Shown here: positions 1-10,686 of the stretch, piece after piece | How positions within the stretch are numbered: the first letter of the stretch is position 1 | Layout of the letters: each line of letters starts with the position of its first letter | Assembly (NCBI GenBank): GCA_964494205.1 | Contig: CAZBRD010000016.1 | Location: forward strand, 11,077-75,076 | From: an uncultured Phycisphaeraceae bacterium | GTDB taxonomy: Bacteria; Planctomycetota; Phycisphaerae; UBA1845 | Reading direction: 5' to 3' | Length of the DNA stretch: 64,000 nucleotides | Position numbers and translations under genes: made by a program | The notes under the pieces: generated by a model | Databases searched by the model: none | Told to the model about the DNA's origin: nothing | Seen by the model: the letters and a program-made list of their open reading frames with translations, nothing else

Positions 1-301
1 GCCAATTTAATCGAGCAGCACCAGATAAGTCAAGCACTTGAAATCCAATTCCACGAAGAAAATTTTACAGCCTTATCAGTCTGAGGCGGATTTGCGGACT
101 GTGACGCGCCCGTCGGCAACCCGCTGCCTGCAATTCGAGAGTGCCGATATGGCCGCGAGGAATCTCTAAGTTCGTTCTAATAAATGATTTGTGGGCTGGT
201 TATCGGTTGGTCCGCTAGGTCCGGCGCTTGGAATCAGCTCATGTCTTACCGCAACCCAAACTTGCTACCGGACCTCATGGATCGCTCACCATGGAAGCTT
301 G

Positions 302-2110
302 TCACTTGTTCCGCAAAGCCCGCTTGCGATCGTTCTCGGTCAACAGTCGTTTTCTCAGGCGAATGCCCTCGGGAACCACTTCAACAAGCTCATCATCTTC
401 GATGAACTCAAGCGCTAGTTCGAGAGTCAAGATGCGTGGCGGTTTGAGGACCACGGTCTTATCAGCCCCAGCCGCGCGCATGTTCGTTAGCTTCTTCGCT
501 CGCGAGACATTGATATCGAGATCATTCTCCCGGCAGTGCTCTCCGACAATCTGGCCTGTGTATACCTGTTCACCCGGCGCGACAAAAAACACGCCGCGAT
601 CCGCCAAACCTTCGAGAGCATAAGCAGTCACTTGCCCACTTTCGCTGGCGACCAGCACGCCGTTGGCGCGTCCGGGGATGGCGCCGCGAAGGAACTCATA
701 CTCATAGAAATTGTGGTGCATGATGGCCGTGCCCTGTGTGGCTGTCATGAGGCGATTGCGCACGCCGATAAGTCCGCGCGCGGGCACAGTAAATTCAAGA
801 TGGGTACTTTCGCCGCGTGACTCCATATTCAAGCAAATGCCGCGACGGCCGCCGAGCAATTCCATGACAGCCCCGACGCTGTTGCTGGGCACGTCAATCA
901 CGCAGTACTCGATTGGTTCCGTCTTTTTTCCAGCCTCTTCGTGAAAAATGACTTTCGGCTTTCCGACCGCTAATTCGAAGCCCTCGCGGCGCATGTTTTC
1001 GATCAACACGCCAAGATGCAACATGCCGCGGCCCGACACATGGAACTCTTCGGGCGTATATCCCGGCTCCACGCGCAGCGCGACGTTCTTTTGCAGCTCT
1101 TTTTCAAGACGATCGCGAATATGGCGACTTGTCAGGAATTTGCCTGATCTACCAGTAAACGGCGAATCATTCACGCGAAATGTCATGTGGAGGGTCGGTT
1201 CGTCGATCGCAATCACCGGAAGCGGGACGGGATGTTCGGGATCGGCGATGGTGTTCCCAATGTCGACCGAGCCCAGCCCGATAACCGCACAGATATCTCC
1301 CGCTGTAACCTCGTTGGTCTTAACCTTTCCCAGGCCGTCAAACAGGTATAGTTCGTTCAACGTCTCCGTCGCTTGTGTGCCGTCGTGGTGGATCACCGTC
1401 ACGCGAGTGCCGGCCCGTAGTGTGCCGGCGAAAACGCGACCGATGCCGATGCGGCCCACGTAATCGTTGTAATCCAGCGTAGTAATCAGCATCTGGACGG
1501 GGGCCGTGGGATCGCAGACCGGCACGGGCACTCGCTCCATGATGGTGTCGAACAAGGCGTACACGTCGGTCGCCGGCTCCGTCATCGATTTCGACGCCCA
1601 GCCTTTGGTCGCGGATGCGTAAACCACCGGGAAATCAAGGGCTTTGTCATCAGCCCCCAGCTCGATGAACAGATCGAAAACTTCTTCCAGCACTTCGGCT
1701 GGGCGAGCATCGGGACGGTCCATTTTGTTGATAACGACGATCGGACGCAGTTTGAATTCGAACGCCTTGCGCAGCACGAATCGCGTCTGCGGCATCGGGC
1801 CTTCAAAGGCATCGATGAGCAGCAGGCAGCCGTCAGCCATCTTGAGCACGCGCTCGACCTCGCCGCCGAAGTCCGCGTGACCCGGCGTATCGATAAGATT
1901 GATCTTGGTGTCCTTGTAACGAATGGCGATGTTCTTCGCGAGAATGGTGATGCCGCGTTCGCGCTCGAGGTCGTTGGAGTCGAGAATGCGCTCGCCCTTG
2001 AGCTGGGCATCACGAAATTGCCCGCATTGACGGAGCATCTGATCGACCAGCGTGGTCTTGCCGTGGTCTACGTGAGCGATAATGGCGACGTTACGGATGT
2101 TTGCTTGCAT
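302..2110 (-). CDS. typA: Translational GTPase TypA/BipA
   Basis: [20 protein letters not shown]-loop, [18 protein letters not shown], and C-terminal [10 protein letters not shown]...[12 protein letters not shown] typical of BipA; ATG at 2110 chosen as start. Confidence 0.97.
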   Translation of the reverse strand: MQANIRNVAIIAHVDHGKTTLVDQMLRQCGQFRDAQLKGERILDSNDLERERGITILAKNIAIRYKDTKINLIDTPGHADFGGEVERVLKMADGCLLLIDAFEGPMPQTRFVLRKAFEFKLRPIVVINKMDRPDARPAEVLEEVFDLFIELGADDKALDFPVVYASATKGWASKSMTEPATDVYALFDTIMERVPVPVCDPTAPVQMLITTLDYNDYVGRIGIGRVFAGTLRAGTRVTVIHHDGTQATETLNELYLFDGLGKVKTNEVTAGDICAVIGLGSVDIGNTIADPEHPVPLPVIAIDEPTLHMTFRVNDSPFTGRSGKFLTSRHIRDRLEKELQKNVALRVEPGYTPEEFHVSGRGMLHLGVLIENMRREGFELAVGKPKVIFHEEAGKKTEPIEYCVIDVPSNSVGAVMELLGGRRGICLNMESRGESTHLEFTVPARGLIGVRNRLMTATQGTAIMHHNFYEYEFLRGAIPGRANGVLVASESGQVTAYALEGLADRGVFFVAPGEQVYTGQIVGEHCRENDLDINVSRAKKLTNMRAAGADKTVVLKPPRILTLELALEFIEDDELVEVVPEGIRLRKRLLTENDRKRALRNK

Positions 2111-2293
2111 GAACCCGTGGGTACTCCCTTGATTGTTTGGATTCTGTCGTAACCAGACGCGAAACAAGGCTGGCTAGTCCTGCTTTGTATGCTGCAAACC
2201 GTAAACAAGCAAATCGACGAAGCATGCGCGAGCACCGTGAAGTGTGTAAGAAAACGCTTTGTGCACGATGATTTGCCTGTATATTCCATGATC

Positions 2294-3793
2294 ATGGCAA
2301 GGACTCATCTGCGAGCATTTCATTACCTGTTTGTGGTTACGTTTGTCATTGGCGGTTCTGCATGCACGCGCCCCATTACCAAGAACGGCCCACTCCTCAA
2401 TTACGATGGCCAATCCGGTTATCGCCTTGAGAACATTCCACCCGGGCCGGGGAACACAGATGAGACTTTTGTCGTGCTGCTGTTTTCCGGCGGCGGGACG
2501 CGCGCTGCTTCCGTGGCCTATGGCGTGTTGCAGGGCTTGCGCGACACGGTCATTCCGCTGCATGGGGTGAGAAGAGACATCGAGAAACGCGATTACATTC
2601 GGCTGCTGGATGAAGTGGACGTCATTTCGTCGGTTTCGGGCGGCTCGTTCACAGCCATGTACTACGCGCTGAATCGCGACGCGATTTTTGATGGGCGATT
2701 TGAGAAGAGATTTCTGACGCAGAACATTCAGGGACGACTTCTCAATCTCGTATTCGAGCCGCTCAATCTCCTGCGGATTGTCTATTCCGTGTTCGATCGC
2801 ACCGATCTGGCCGCCGACTACTACGACCGGGAAGTCTTCGATCACAAGACATACGGCGACCTGATGGCGCAAGGCTATCGGCCGTTCGTGGTGATCAACG
2901 CAGCCGATATGTCGCGCGGCGAGCGCTTCGAGTTCACTCAGGATGACTTCGACCTGATTGGTTCAGAGCTGACCACCGTGCCGGTATCGCGCGCGGTGGC
3001 TGCGTCATCAGCGTTTCCCGTGTTATTGAGTCCGCTTCGCCTTCAATACCACGAAGGCGAGCCGATTGATCAGGCGATTGCAGCCACTCTCGCGCCGGAG
3101 GATGCTCACTTGCGGAACCGTCGCCGATTCCGCTGGGCGAGAAACCTGTGCTCTGATTCCTTCGACTCCAGCACGGAACAGCCGCATCTCGACGCCGCCA
3201 ATCATCGGTATCTCTATCTGCTGGACGGCGGCGTGGTGGACAACCTCGGTTCCCGCTGGGTGATTGACGAATATCGCTACGGTGTCCTGCGCGAGAAGTT
3301 CAACAATGGGTCAATCAAGAAGCTCGTGGTCATCGTCGTCGACGCCGGCACCGAAGAGCCAAATGAAATTGAAAAGAAAAACTCCGCCCCGGGTTTATTC
3401 ATGATGGGTATGCGGGCAGGTGAGATCGGCGTTTACAACTACACGACAGCCATGTCGGCCGTGCTGCGCTTGTTCCTCCGCGAGCAGCCGGCGGAAGCGA
3501 AAAAGCTGCACGTACAATACGAAGCGGAGATCACCAAGAAATGCCCAGAGTGCCTGCCGCTCGCGCCGCCCAATGGAAAACCGATCGAAACTTATCTGAT
3601 TGAGGTGAACTTCCGCTGCATCGAGGACCCGAAGGTTTGTCGCAGGTGCCTCACCATGCCGACGACATTGTTTCTGTCAAAGGACGATGTCGAAACACTG
3701 ATCGATGTGGGAAAGAAGTGTCTGGCCGCAAATCCGGAGTTCCAGAAGTTGGTTACGGACTTGTCACCACGTTCGACGCAACAGAAGGAATAA
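2294..3793 (+). CDS. Patatin-like phospholipase, probably an exported lipoprotein
   Basis: FSGGGTRA glycine loop, SSVSGGS nucleophile elbow, ASSAFP and LLDGG motifs; hydrophobic N-terminus ending GGSAC; start uncertain (2288/2294). Confidence 0.88.
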   Translation: MARTHLRAFHYLFVVTFVIGGSACTRPITKNGPLLNYDGQSGYRLENIPPGPGNTDETFVVLLFSGGGTRAASVAYGVLQGLRDTVIPLHGVRRDIEKRDYIRLLDEVDVISSVSGGSFTAMYYALNRDAIFDGRFEKRFLTQNIQGRLLNLVFEPLNLLRIVYSVFDRTDLAADYYDREVFDHKTYGDLMAQGYRPFVVINAADMSRGERFEFTQDDFDLIGSELTTVPVSRAVAASSAFPVLLSPLRLQYHEGEPIDQAIAATLAPEDAHLRNRRRFRWARNLCSDSFDSSTEQPHLDAANHRYLYLLDGGVVDNLGSRWVIDEYRYGVLREKFNNGSIKKLVVIVVDAGTEEPNEIEKKNSAPGLFMMGMRAGEIGVYNYTTAMSAVLRLFLREQPAEAKKLHVQYEAEITKKCPECLPLAPPNGKPIETYLIEVNFRCIEDPKVCRRCLTMPTTLFLSKDDVETLIDVGKKCLAANPEFQKLVTDLSPRSTQQKE

Positions 3794-3852
3794 ATGCAGC
3801 GGCCCGATCCGTTTGCGGTGAGTCGAATCGGGCCGCCGCAAATCTAACCGAA

Positions 3853-4182
3853 TTATTCGAAGTCTGATTTGCCGATGACGGCAGACACAAACTTGAAGTC
3901 AACCACAACCTCGCCGCCACCCAGATCTTGATTGACTTCTCCGCGGGCGCGATCGTTGATCTCAAACCCGATGTCCTTCGTCAGTTTCTTCTTCAGCCAA
4001 CCAGTGGTGCCAGGTGGTGGCTTCGCGTTCTTTTTTAGGTCACTGTTCGAAGCCGTCTCGGTCAATGAAACGGCAGCGACCCACAACAGTCCATCCAACA
4101 TGGACTCCGGAAAAATCCTCACGCTGCTTCCGGCAGTCACGGTCGTAACGCCGAGCGAGCTTTTGGGGCTTACCCACGCCAT
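3853..4182 (-). CDS. Small hypothetical protein (109 aa)
   Basis: ATG at 4182 preceded by GAAAGGAAG RBS; same strand as the two upstream lipoprotein genes; no recognisable domain. Confidence 0.6.
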   Translation of the reverse strand: MAWVSPKSSLGVTTVTAGSSVRIFPESMLDGLLWVAAVSLTETASNSDLKKNAKPPPGTTGWLKKKLTKDIGFEINDRARGEVNQDLGGGEVVVDFKFVSAVIGKSDFE

Positions 4183-4276
4183 ATGTTCTTCCTTTCGGTT
4201 TTGTTCAATTCTAGTTTTCAGAATGCCTTGCGATTCACCATCGCGAAGCGGTTGATCGGTCAAGTTCTGCGCTCCG

Positions 4277-5410
4277 TCATGAAGTCGGCGCGGGCGCAGT
4301 TGGATTTGCAACGACCGATTCCAGTTGTTTCAACTTGGCAAGCAGTTTCGCCAAATCGTCCGGCGATATGGGAGCTGAGGGGTTCGCCTTGATTTTCTGA
4401 ATGATCGCCCTGAGTTCCGGATCATCGATCTTGTTCAAAGCTTCATCGAACATGGCGATCGCTGACTCTGCTGCTTCCGGCGAAGCGGAGTCACCTGGAG
4501 AAGCCGCGCCGCCTGTACCTGGCTTGGCAGTCCCCAGCGCAGCGCCCACGCCTTGCACCGCTGGAACGAACGCGGTGGCTACACGAAGAATGCGATTGGT
4601 GGCGATCAACATGTTTCGAACAACTTCGGTCGGATCGGCACTGACATATCGCATGGTGAAATAGGCCGGGTTCTCCTGCACAGCCAGGAGGACGGAGTCG
4701 CCTGCGGCGATCGCTTCCACCTTGCTGAAAACGAGTTTCGGCTTTTGCGCGCGGCGCTCGGAAGTGACTTTTTCATACTCGCGAGAACCGGGATTGATCA
4801 GAAAGACGGTATCTGACCGGAAACCACCGTACTTCAGTCGCTTGTTCATTTCGCCTTCGACGATGATAAACCTCGTCATAGCAAGCTCGATCTTCTTCAT
4901 CGTTTCATCGAGCTCATTTTTCTTGCTGCCCTCGGTAAACTTGGCGGTCTTTTCTGCAATTACATCTTCCGTGTCGCCGAGTGCCCGGAAGAAGCTCGCT
5001 GGGTCGGAGTATTTTGACAGTCTCTTCAGCCGATCACGCTCCTCATTGACCAGCTGCTGCAATTGCCCAACAGTCAGCGGCGATGCCAAGTTCAGAAAGG
5101 CCTCTCGATTGCCTTCTGCCTGCGCGCGTAACCTCGCAAGCGGATTGCTTGCACCGACGCCATAGGCTCCATCGAGTGTCTCGTTGATGGAATCGATGGA
5201 TTCAATCGTTAGCAGCGACAGTTGCGCCGCAGCCGTGCGCGCCGTGTTCGGCGCCTGCTCGTTATCAGCCAGTCGTTGTCCACGAACGTAGGGGTCTACG
5301 TTGGCGTCGCAGATTCGCTCCACTTTCACCTTGAGCGTCTGACCGCACGCGCCAACAAAGAACAAGCAGCACGTGGCCGCGAAACATTCAAGATTGAGTA
5401 TTCGCTTCAT
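4277..5410 (-). CDS. Hypothetical lipoprotein, helical
   Basis: 377-aa ORF with lipobox-like VGAC, GGAGG RBS and TGATG stop/start overlap with the upstream gene. Confidence 0.8.
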   Translation of the reverse strand: MKRILNLECFAATCCLFFVGACGQTLKVKVERICDANVDPYVRGQRLADNEQAPNTARTAAAQLSLLTIESIDSINETLDGAYGVGASNPLARLRAQAEGNREAFLNLASPLTVGQLQQLVNEERDRLKRLSKYSDPASFFRALGDTEDVIAEKTAKFTEGSKKNELDETMKKIELAMTRFIIVEGEMNKRLKYGGFRSDTVFLINPGSREYEKVTSERRAQKPKLVFSKVEAIAAGDSVLLAVQENPAYFTMRYVSADPTEVVRNMLIATNRILRVATAFVPAVQGVGAALGTAKPGTGGAASPGDSASPEAAESAIAMFDEALNKIDDPELRAIIQKIKANPSAPISPDDLAKLLAKLKQLESVVANPTAPAPTS

Positions 5411-6183
5411 CAAGCACCTCCCAGGCCGGCAGTGGCGAAAAGTCCCAGAAAATCATGGGCGGTCACGGACTTAGGGTCAGCGGCGTGTTTGGTGATTATC
5501 GATTGCACCTGACCGAACAAAGCTTGTCGCAGTTTGCCGCGCTGTTCCGCCTTCGCTTTGGCGGCTTCGGCTTTTGCTTGCTTCGCCTGAACGAATGCCT
5601 TGGCAAGATCAGAAGTCGACTTCTCTAGTTCGTTGAGTTCCTGTTCGAATTCCTGCAGCTTGATCACTTCCGCGCTCGCATAGAAAACGAGCTTGCGATA
5701 CGCGTAGACATCAGTGCTGCCGGTTTGTCCAATGCTGATCTGTTCGTTGTTGGACATGGCGGCCGCGGATTTGAGCGCGCCAAAAACTCGAATGGCGTTG
5801 TCGATCTTCAGCAGCGCGCTGTCCACCGCTTTGGGATCATCAAGGTCTTTTGATTTTGGTAGCAGTTCCTTCAATGTTTCGCCGCGTTGTTCTTCAAGCT
5901 TGTCATTCAGCTCAGCTTGTCGTTGGGAAAGGGACGTCGTCGAGAACAAATCGGGCGGCTCACCAACTTTTCCCGAAAGGGCGTCGATGACGTTCATGGG
6001 AACGTAGCCTTCGTTGAGCTTGTACTTGACACCACCCCATCCCTCGAGCGTGGCCGTCGCACGCATGATCGCGCCCGCACCTTCTGCCTTCTCCACCACC
6101 ATGAAATACTGTTCGCGCCGCCGACGAGCGACGCAGCCAGTTAACAGTAACGTCATGGCTACACACACAATTACTTGTCTCAT
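5410..6183 (-). CDS. Hypothetical lipoprotein with coiled-coil C-terminal half
   Basis: MRQVIVCVAMTLLLTGC lipobox, GAGGAG RBS, heptad-like E/K/A-rich segment. Confidence 0.8.
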   Translation of the reverse strand: MRQVIVCVAMTLLLTGCVARRRREQYFMVVEKAEGAGAIMRATATLEGWGGVKYKLNEGYVPMNVIDALSGKVGEPPDLFSTTSLSQRQAELNDKLEEQRGETLKELLPKSKDLDDPKAVDSALLKIDNAIRVFGALKSAAAMSNNEQISIGQTGSTDVYAYRKLVFYASAEVIKLQEFEQELNELEKSTSDLAKAFVQAKQAKAEAAKAKAEQRGKLRQALFGQVQSIITKHAADPKSVTAHDFLGLFATAGLGGA

Positions 6184-6365
6184 TAGGTACTCCTCTCTAT
6201 AAAACATGCGGCCCCGACGGATGAATATGATAATTAACCGCGAACTTGTCGCAATAAAATACTGTGATGCTTTATCTTGGTTGAGTGCCAAGATGGTTGC
6301 TGTTGGCAAAACCCCGTAATCGCTATACTTACACGTCTATCAATAACAAGGAGCCTGCTCGCCCC

Positions 6366-7838
6366 GTGAACTCACCTACTCGTGTTGCCTTTGTCTCGCT
6401 CGGCTGCGCTAAGAACGTGGTCGATTCGGAAAAAATGCTCGGCCAGCTCGCCGAAGCCGGTTGTGAATTGACGGCAGACGAGGCTGACGCCGACGTGATG
6501 GTCATCAACACCTGCGGGTTTCTCGAAGCCTCGCGAATCGAAGCAGACGACGTCATTCGCGATGCGGTCAAACTTAAACGCAAAGGCAATCTCAAACGCA
6601 TCGTGGTCGCGGGCTGCCTCGTGCAGCGCGACAAAGAAGCCATTCTCGAACGCGTTAAAGGCATCGACGCGCTGGTCGGCGTGAACAATCGCGACGACGT
6701 GGTGCGCGCGGTGCTTGGGAACCCGACTCAATCGGATTCGGAAGCTGGCGCCACCAAGAATGGTACGGGAAAATCGGGTCGCAGCTTGGCCGTAGTGAGT
6801 GCCAACGGCAGCGGCCGATCGGGCAAGCTTGCACGTTCGCGCAAGAAACCCGACATCTATCTCGCCGACTACCACCCCTTCGTGCAGATGGACACGGCGC
6901 GACTCCGCATCACGCCGAAACATTACGCGTACCTCCGAATCAGCGAAGGCTGCGATCAGAAATGCACGTTCTGCACCATCCCGTCGATCCGCGGCCCCAT
7001 GCACTGCAAGCCGCCGCAGCTGGTTATGGCGGAAGCCCGCGAACTCGTTACCGACGGTGCCGTCGAGATCAGCCTCATCGGACAGGACACGACCAGCTAT
7101 GGCATCGGCGACGACCCGATCGAAGGTGGCCTCGGCTCGTTGCTTCGCAAACTCAACACGGTCGGCGGTCTCGCGTGGGTGCGACTCATGTACGTCTATC
7201 CATCGATCATGAGCGATGACATCATCGACGCCATCGCCGAGAGCGACCGCGTCTGCAAGTACATCGATATCCCGCTGCAGCACATTAACGATCGCGTGTT
7301 GAAGGCCATGCACCGCCGCATTGATCGCAAAGACACAGTGAAGCTGATGGAGAGGCTGCAGAAACGCATCCCCGGCGTGACGATTCGCACGACCATGATC
7401 GCGGGTTTCCCCGGTGAGACAGACGCGGAGTTCGAGGAGCTTGTTCAGTTCGTCAAGGATTTCCGATTCTCAGCCTTGGGTGTCTTCCCGTATTCGCTGG
7501 AGCCGGACACGCCCGCCGGTCGAATGAAGAATCAGATTCCCGACAAGGTGAAGAAGGAACGAGTCGAGGCTCTCATGCTCGCACAACAGGATGTCGCATT
7601 TGCTCTGGCCGACGAAGCGATCGGCAAGAAGTTCGACGTGCTGGTGGATGAGCGCATCGAGGAGGGCGTCGTTCGCGGCCGTCACCAGGGTCAGGCGCCG
7701 GGCGTGGACAGCGTCTGCATCATCGAAAGCTGCGATGCCAACCCGGGCGACTTCGTGCAAGTTCGCTGCGTGGCGAGAAGCAACTATGACCTGATCACCA
7801 CGCCCACCCGCGTCTCACTACCAATGCTCCACGCATGA
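6366..7838 (+). CDS. rimO: Ribosomal protein S12 methylthiotransferase RimO
   Basis: SLGCAKNVVDSE, INTCGF, radical SAM CDQKCTFC, C-terminal TRAM domain with APGVD; GTG start after AAGGAG. Confidence 0.95.
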   Translation: MNSPTRVAFVSLGCAKNVVDSEKMLGQLAEAGCELTADEADADVMVINTCGFLEASRIEADDVIRDAVKLKRKGNLKRIVVAGCLVQRDKEAILERVKGIDALVGVNNRDDVVRAVLGNPTQSDSEAGATKNGTGKSGRSLAVVSANGSGRSGKLARSRKKPDIYLADYHPFVQMDTARLRITPKHYAYLRISEGCDQKCTFCTIPSIRGPMHCKPPQLVMAEARELVTDGAVEISLIGQDTTSYGIGDDPIEGGLGSLLRKLNTVGGLAWVRLMYVYPSIMSDDIIDAIAESDRVCKYIDIPLQHINDRVLKAMHRRIDRKDTVKLMERLQKRIPGVTIRTTMIAGFPGETDAEFEELVQFVKDFRFSALGVFPYSLEPDTPAGRMKNQIPDKVKKERVEALMLAQQDVAFALADEAIGKKFDVLVDERIEEGVVRGRHQGQAPGVDSVCIIESCDANPGDFVQVRCVARSNYDLITTPTRVSLPMLHA

Positions 7839-8455
7839 TGCGGCAATTGAACCTTCCGAATCGGATCACGCTCGCACGGCTCGTGCTCGCGATTATCTTC
7901 TTCATCCTCGTCGCCCAATACTCGCAACGTTCGCCCGACGTTTTGATGCTTGATCTGGCGGTCGTACTGTTCATTGTGGCTGCGGTCACCGATATTCTCG
8001 ACGGCTACATCGCCCGCAGTCGCGGCCTCGTGACGCCGCTGGGTCGCGTGCTCGATCCCTTCGTCGACAAAGTCCTCGTGTGTGGTGCGTTCATCCTCTA
8101 TGCGGGCCACGGTTTCGTCGACGTCAATGGTCATAACGTAACCGGCGTCTCCGCGTGGATGGTCGTGGTTATCGTCGGTCGCGAACTGCTAGTCACCGGC
8201 CTGCGCGGTTTCAGCGAATCCGGCGGAAAATCCTTCGCAGCCACCCTGCACGGCAAGCTCAAAATGTGGGTGCAGAGCATCACCGCACCTGCGATTCTCA
8301 TCATCATCGGCCTGCAAGTCCGCGGCCACATGCATGAAGTCGGCGAAACACTCAAGACGCTCTTCGTCTGGATCACGGTCATCGTGACAGCGTTGTCGAG
8401 CATTCAATACATCATGCTCGCGAAGCCGATGCTCGAAGAAAGCGCGCCGAAGTGA
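7835..8455 (+). CDS. pgsA: CDP-diacylglycerol--glycerol-3-phosphate 3-phosphatidyltransferase
   Basis: NLPNRITLAR and DILDGYIAR...GRVLDPFVDK CDP-alcohol phosphotransferase motif; rimO-pgsA synteny. Confidence 0.95.
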   Translation: MMRQLNLPNRITLARLVLAIIFFILVAQYSQRSPDVLMLDLAVVLFIVAAVTDILDGYIARSRGLVTPLGRVLDPFVDKVLVCGAFILYAGHGFVDVNGHNVTGVSAWMVVVIVGRELLVTGLRGFSESGGKSFAATLHGKLKMWVQSITAPAILIIIGLQVRGHMHEVGETLKTLFVWITVIVTALSSIQYIMLAKPMLEESAPK

Positions 8456-9027
8456 ATCATAGTCACAGCCCGAAGAGACTCTCAAAGGCGCACGCCGCTG
8501 TCATATTGTCCGTTGCCGGAATGTTGTTGATCCTATACTTCGTGTTGGTATTTCTTATTTCCAAAGAACCGAAACCACCTGCCCCGGGCTCTTCCATGGT
8601 GCTCTTGGCGGGATACGTAAGACTGATGAGCGGCGGAGGTATGCTCGTTGGAGTCTACGGCCTAGTCCGGTGGCCGATCAGTAGTGTGGAGGACGAATCT
8701 AGGTCTCACAGACGCGACCGACGTCTGATCATCCCCGCAGTTTGTCTCTTGCTCGTTAGTCTGTTCTTCTTCGTGGTGCCTATTATCATTGCTAGCTATA
8801 GCAAGCCCAGCATCATGATCATCGACGCCAGTGCCTTCCTCTTTGTCATTTGCTGGCCCATCGGCGCATTCTTCGGAGTTGCCGGACTCTATTGTCTATT
8901 CAAGAGACTCGACAATGTTGGAACCGTGGTGCCTCGATCCCATCAGTTTGCCTGCCACGCATGCGGTGCTCAGGGGTTCACCGCAATCAATGATCGTTGT
9001 CCTTCGTGTGGTACTCCGCTTAATTGA
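8452..9027 (+). CDS. Hypothetical membrane protein with C-terminal zinc ribbon
   Basis: About 4 hydrophobic segments followed by CHACG...RCPSCG; GTGA overlap with the pgsA stop. Confidence 0.75.
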   Translation: MNHSHSPKRLSKAHAAVILSVAGMLLILYFVLVFLISKEPKPPAPGSSMVLLAGYVRLMSGGGMLVGVYGLVRWPISSVEDESRSHRRDRRLIIPAVCLLLVSLFFFVVPIIIASYSKPSIMIIDASAFLFVICWPIGAFFGVAGLYCLFKRLDNVGTVVPRSHQFACHACGAQGFTAINDRCPSCGTPLN

Positions 9028-9080
9028 TCGCCTATCGAACGCTGGAGTCTATTAGCAGGGAGGATCACGAGATAAGGAAA

Positions 9081-9686
9081 ATGAAACGCGCATTAGTCAT
9101 CCTTCTGGTAGCAACGGCGTATTATGCAATCATCCCGTTCTTTCTAATGTTTATTCCGATGCGATCATTCGTTGGCTCTGGAACGGCATTTGTTTTCTTC
9201 TTCGCATGGTTTTTCGCTGCCGTTTTCGGCGTCTCGGCGCTGGCATGCTCGGGAAAAATGGGTTGGCGGAAACTAAGTATCGAGAGAAAAATCGGTCAGG
9301 TCATTCCTGACAACGAGTACGGCCTGAAACCGCGTGAAGCAAAGAGTGATTCGATTGCCATCGGATTGATCGGCCTTCTATCGATGTGCTATTTCTTCAA
9401 CGCGACCATTCCGAATATTCGTTCCGTTCCTGGTATCAATCCCGACGCTACAATGATCATTCTCTGGCTTACTTCTCAACTTCCCATCGGCCTCATCGGC
9501 GTTGCATTGTTCGTCATAAGCGTTTACGGCTTTACCAAATGGCCGACCAAGAAACAACTCCTCGAACAGCTTAGCCCGCACAATTGCCGCCAATGCGGTT
9601 ACAGTCTCTTCGGCCTATCCGAGAAGCGTTGCCCGGAATGCGGAACTTCATTCGAACAATCGCCGCCTGAAACGCCGATGAACTAG
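9081..9686 (+). CDS. Hypothetical membrane protein with C-terminal zinc ribbon
   Basis: About 4 hydrophobic segments followed by CRQCGYSLFGLSEKRCPECG; ATG 9081 after AAGGA (ORF open from 9024). Confidence 0.8.
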   Translation: MKRALVILLVATAYYAIIPFFLMFIPMRSFVGSGTAFVFFFAWFFAAVFGVSALACSGKMGWRKLSIERKIGQVIPDNEYGLKPREAKSDSIAIGLIGLLSMCYFFNATIPNIRSVPGINPDATMIILWLTSQLPIGLIGVALFVISVYGFTKWPTKKQLLEQLSPHNCRQCGYSLFGLSEKRCPECGTSFEQSPPETPMN

Positions 9687-9720
9687 CGGATGCCCCGGAT
9701 GGGGCATCGGTTGTTAGTGT

Positions 9721-9741
9721 GTAGGGTCCGCCGTGCGGACC
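9721..9741 (+). repeat. GTAG-type REP-like palindrome
   Basis: GTAG-GGTCCGC-CGT-GCGGACC; related GTAG/GTCG/GCAG-headed hairpins at 26564, 55007, 55133, 55283 and 55881. Confidence 0.6.
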
Positions 9742-9777
9742 AACCTTGGTTCGCAAACGGAAAGGACTCCGAGTCGT

Positions 9778-10617
9778 TTGTCCGACCTCACTCTCACCAA
9801 AGCCATCATCCTCGGCATCGTGCAAGGCCTGACCGAGTTCCTGCCGGTCAGCAGCAGTGCCCACCTCGTCTTCGCGCAGAAGCTGCTCAACCTCGACCCC
9901 AAGAGCGATACGCTCATCCTGTTCGACATCCTCGCGCATGTCGGCACGCTGATCGCGATGGCTGTCGTGTTCGGCCACACGCTGATGCTCTATCTCAAGC
10001 GGCTCGTGCGTGAATCGTCACCCGCGTGGACGCGCGAAAGGTTGGCGTGGCGATTCATGATCCTCGGCATCATTGCATCGATCCCGACGGCCGCCATCGG
10101 TCTTGCGTTCAAACATCAATTGGAAGAATCGCTTTCGGACATCAAGAGCGTCGGGTTTCAGCTCATCATCAGCGGGGTGTTGCTGGTCGTTGTCATCATG
10201 CTGCCGCGCGGGAAGCGCGGCTGGCGGGAGTTCAAATGGACTCACGCGTTGCTGATCGGCGTGGGGCAGGGGGCAGCACTCATCCCCGGCATCTCGCGCA
10301 GCGGCTGCACCATCAGTGTCGCTGGGTATTGCGGCATCCGGCGCCGCTGGGCAGCCGACTTCAGCTTCTTCATCGTAGCCCCAGCGATCCTCGGCGCGCT
10401 CGCGCTGGAGATGAAAGACGTGCTCGAACTTCCCAAGGATCAACTCGCACAACTACCCTGGTCAGCCATGATCTGGGGCAGCGCGATCTCGATGATCGTG
10501 GGAATCCTCTCCCTCTGGCTACTCCTCCGCGTCGTCCGCCGCGCCCACCTGCACTGGTTCGCGCCGTATTGCTGGGTCGCGGGTTTGCTGGCAGTGTTGG
10601 GAGTGTTCTCGAATTGA
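9778..10617 (+). CDS. uppP: Undecaprenyl-diphosphate phosphatase (BacA/UppP)
   Basis: GIVQGLTEFLPVSSSAH and ALIPGISRSGCT motifs; TTG start after AAAGGA. Confidence 0.95.
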   Translation: MSDLTLTKAIILGIVQGLTEFLPVSSSAHLVFAQKLLNLDPKSDTLILFDILAHVGTLIAMAVVFGHTLMLYLKRLVRESSPAWTRERLAWRFMILGIIASIPTAAIGLAFKHQLEESLSDIKSVGFQLIISGVLLVVVIMLPRGKRGWREFKWTHALLIGVGQGAALIPGISRSGCTISVAGYCGIRRRWAADFSFFIVAPAILGALALEMKDVLELPKDQLAQLPWSAMIWGSAISMIVGILSLWLLLRVVRRAHLHWFAPYCWVAGLLAVLGVFSN

Positions 10618-10636
10618 TTCGATGAGAATGTGTAAA

Positions 10637-10669
10637 GGGTGGCACGGTCAAGCCGCAGCTTGGCCGTGG
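10637..10669 (+). repeat. REP palindrome family A, left flank of RAYT
   Basis: GGGTGG-CACGGTCAAGC-CGCA-GCTTGGCCGTG-G; exact inverted copy at 11280-11312. Confidence 0.93.
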
Positions 10670-10686
10670 TGATCGAAGTCAGCCTT

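Noticed and set aside
6718-6850. Low-complexity insertion in RimO (similar one in RNase D near 31620-31720)
   Set aside because: Looks like a disordered linker; no intein motifs and no match to the repeat families
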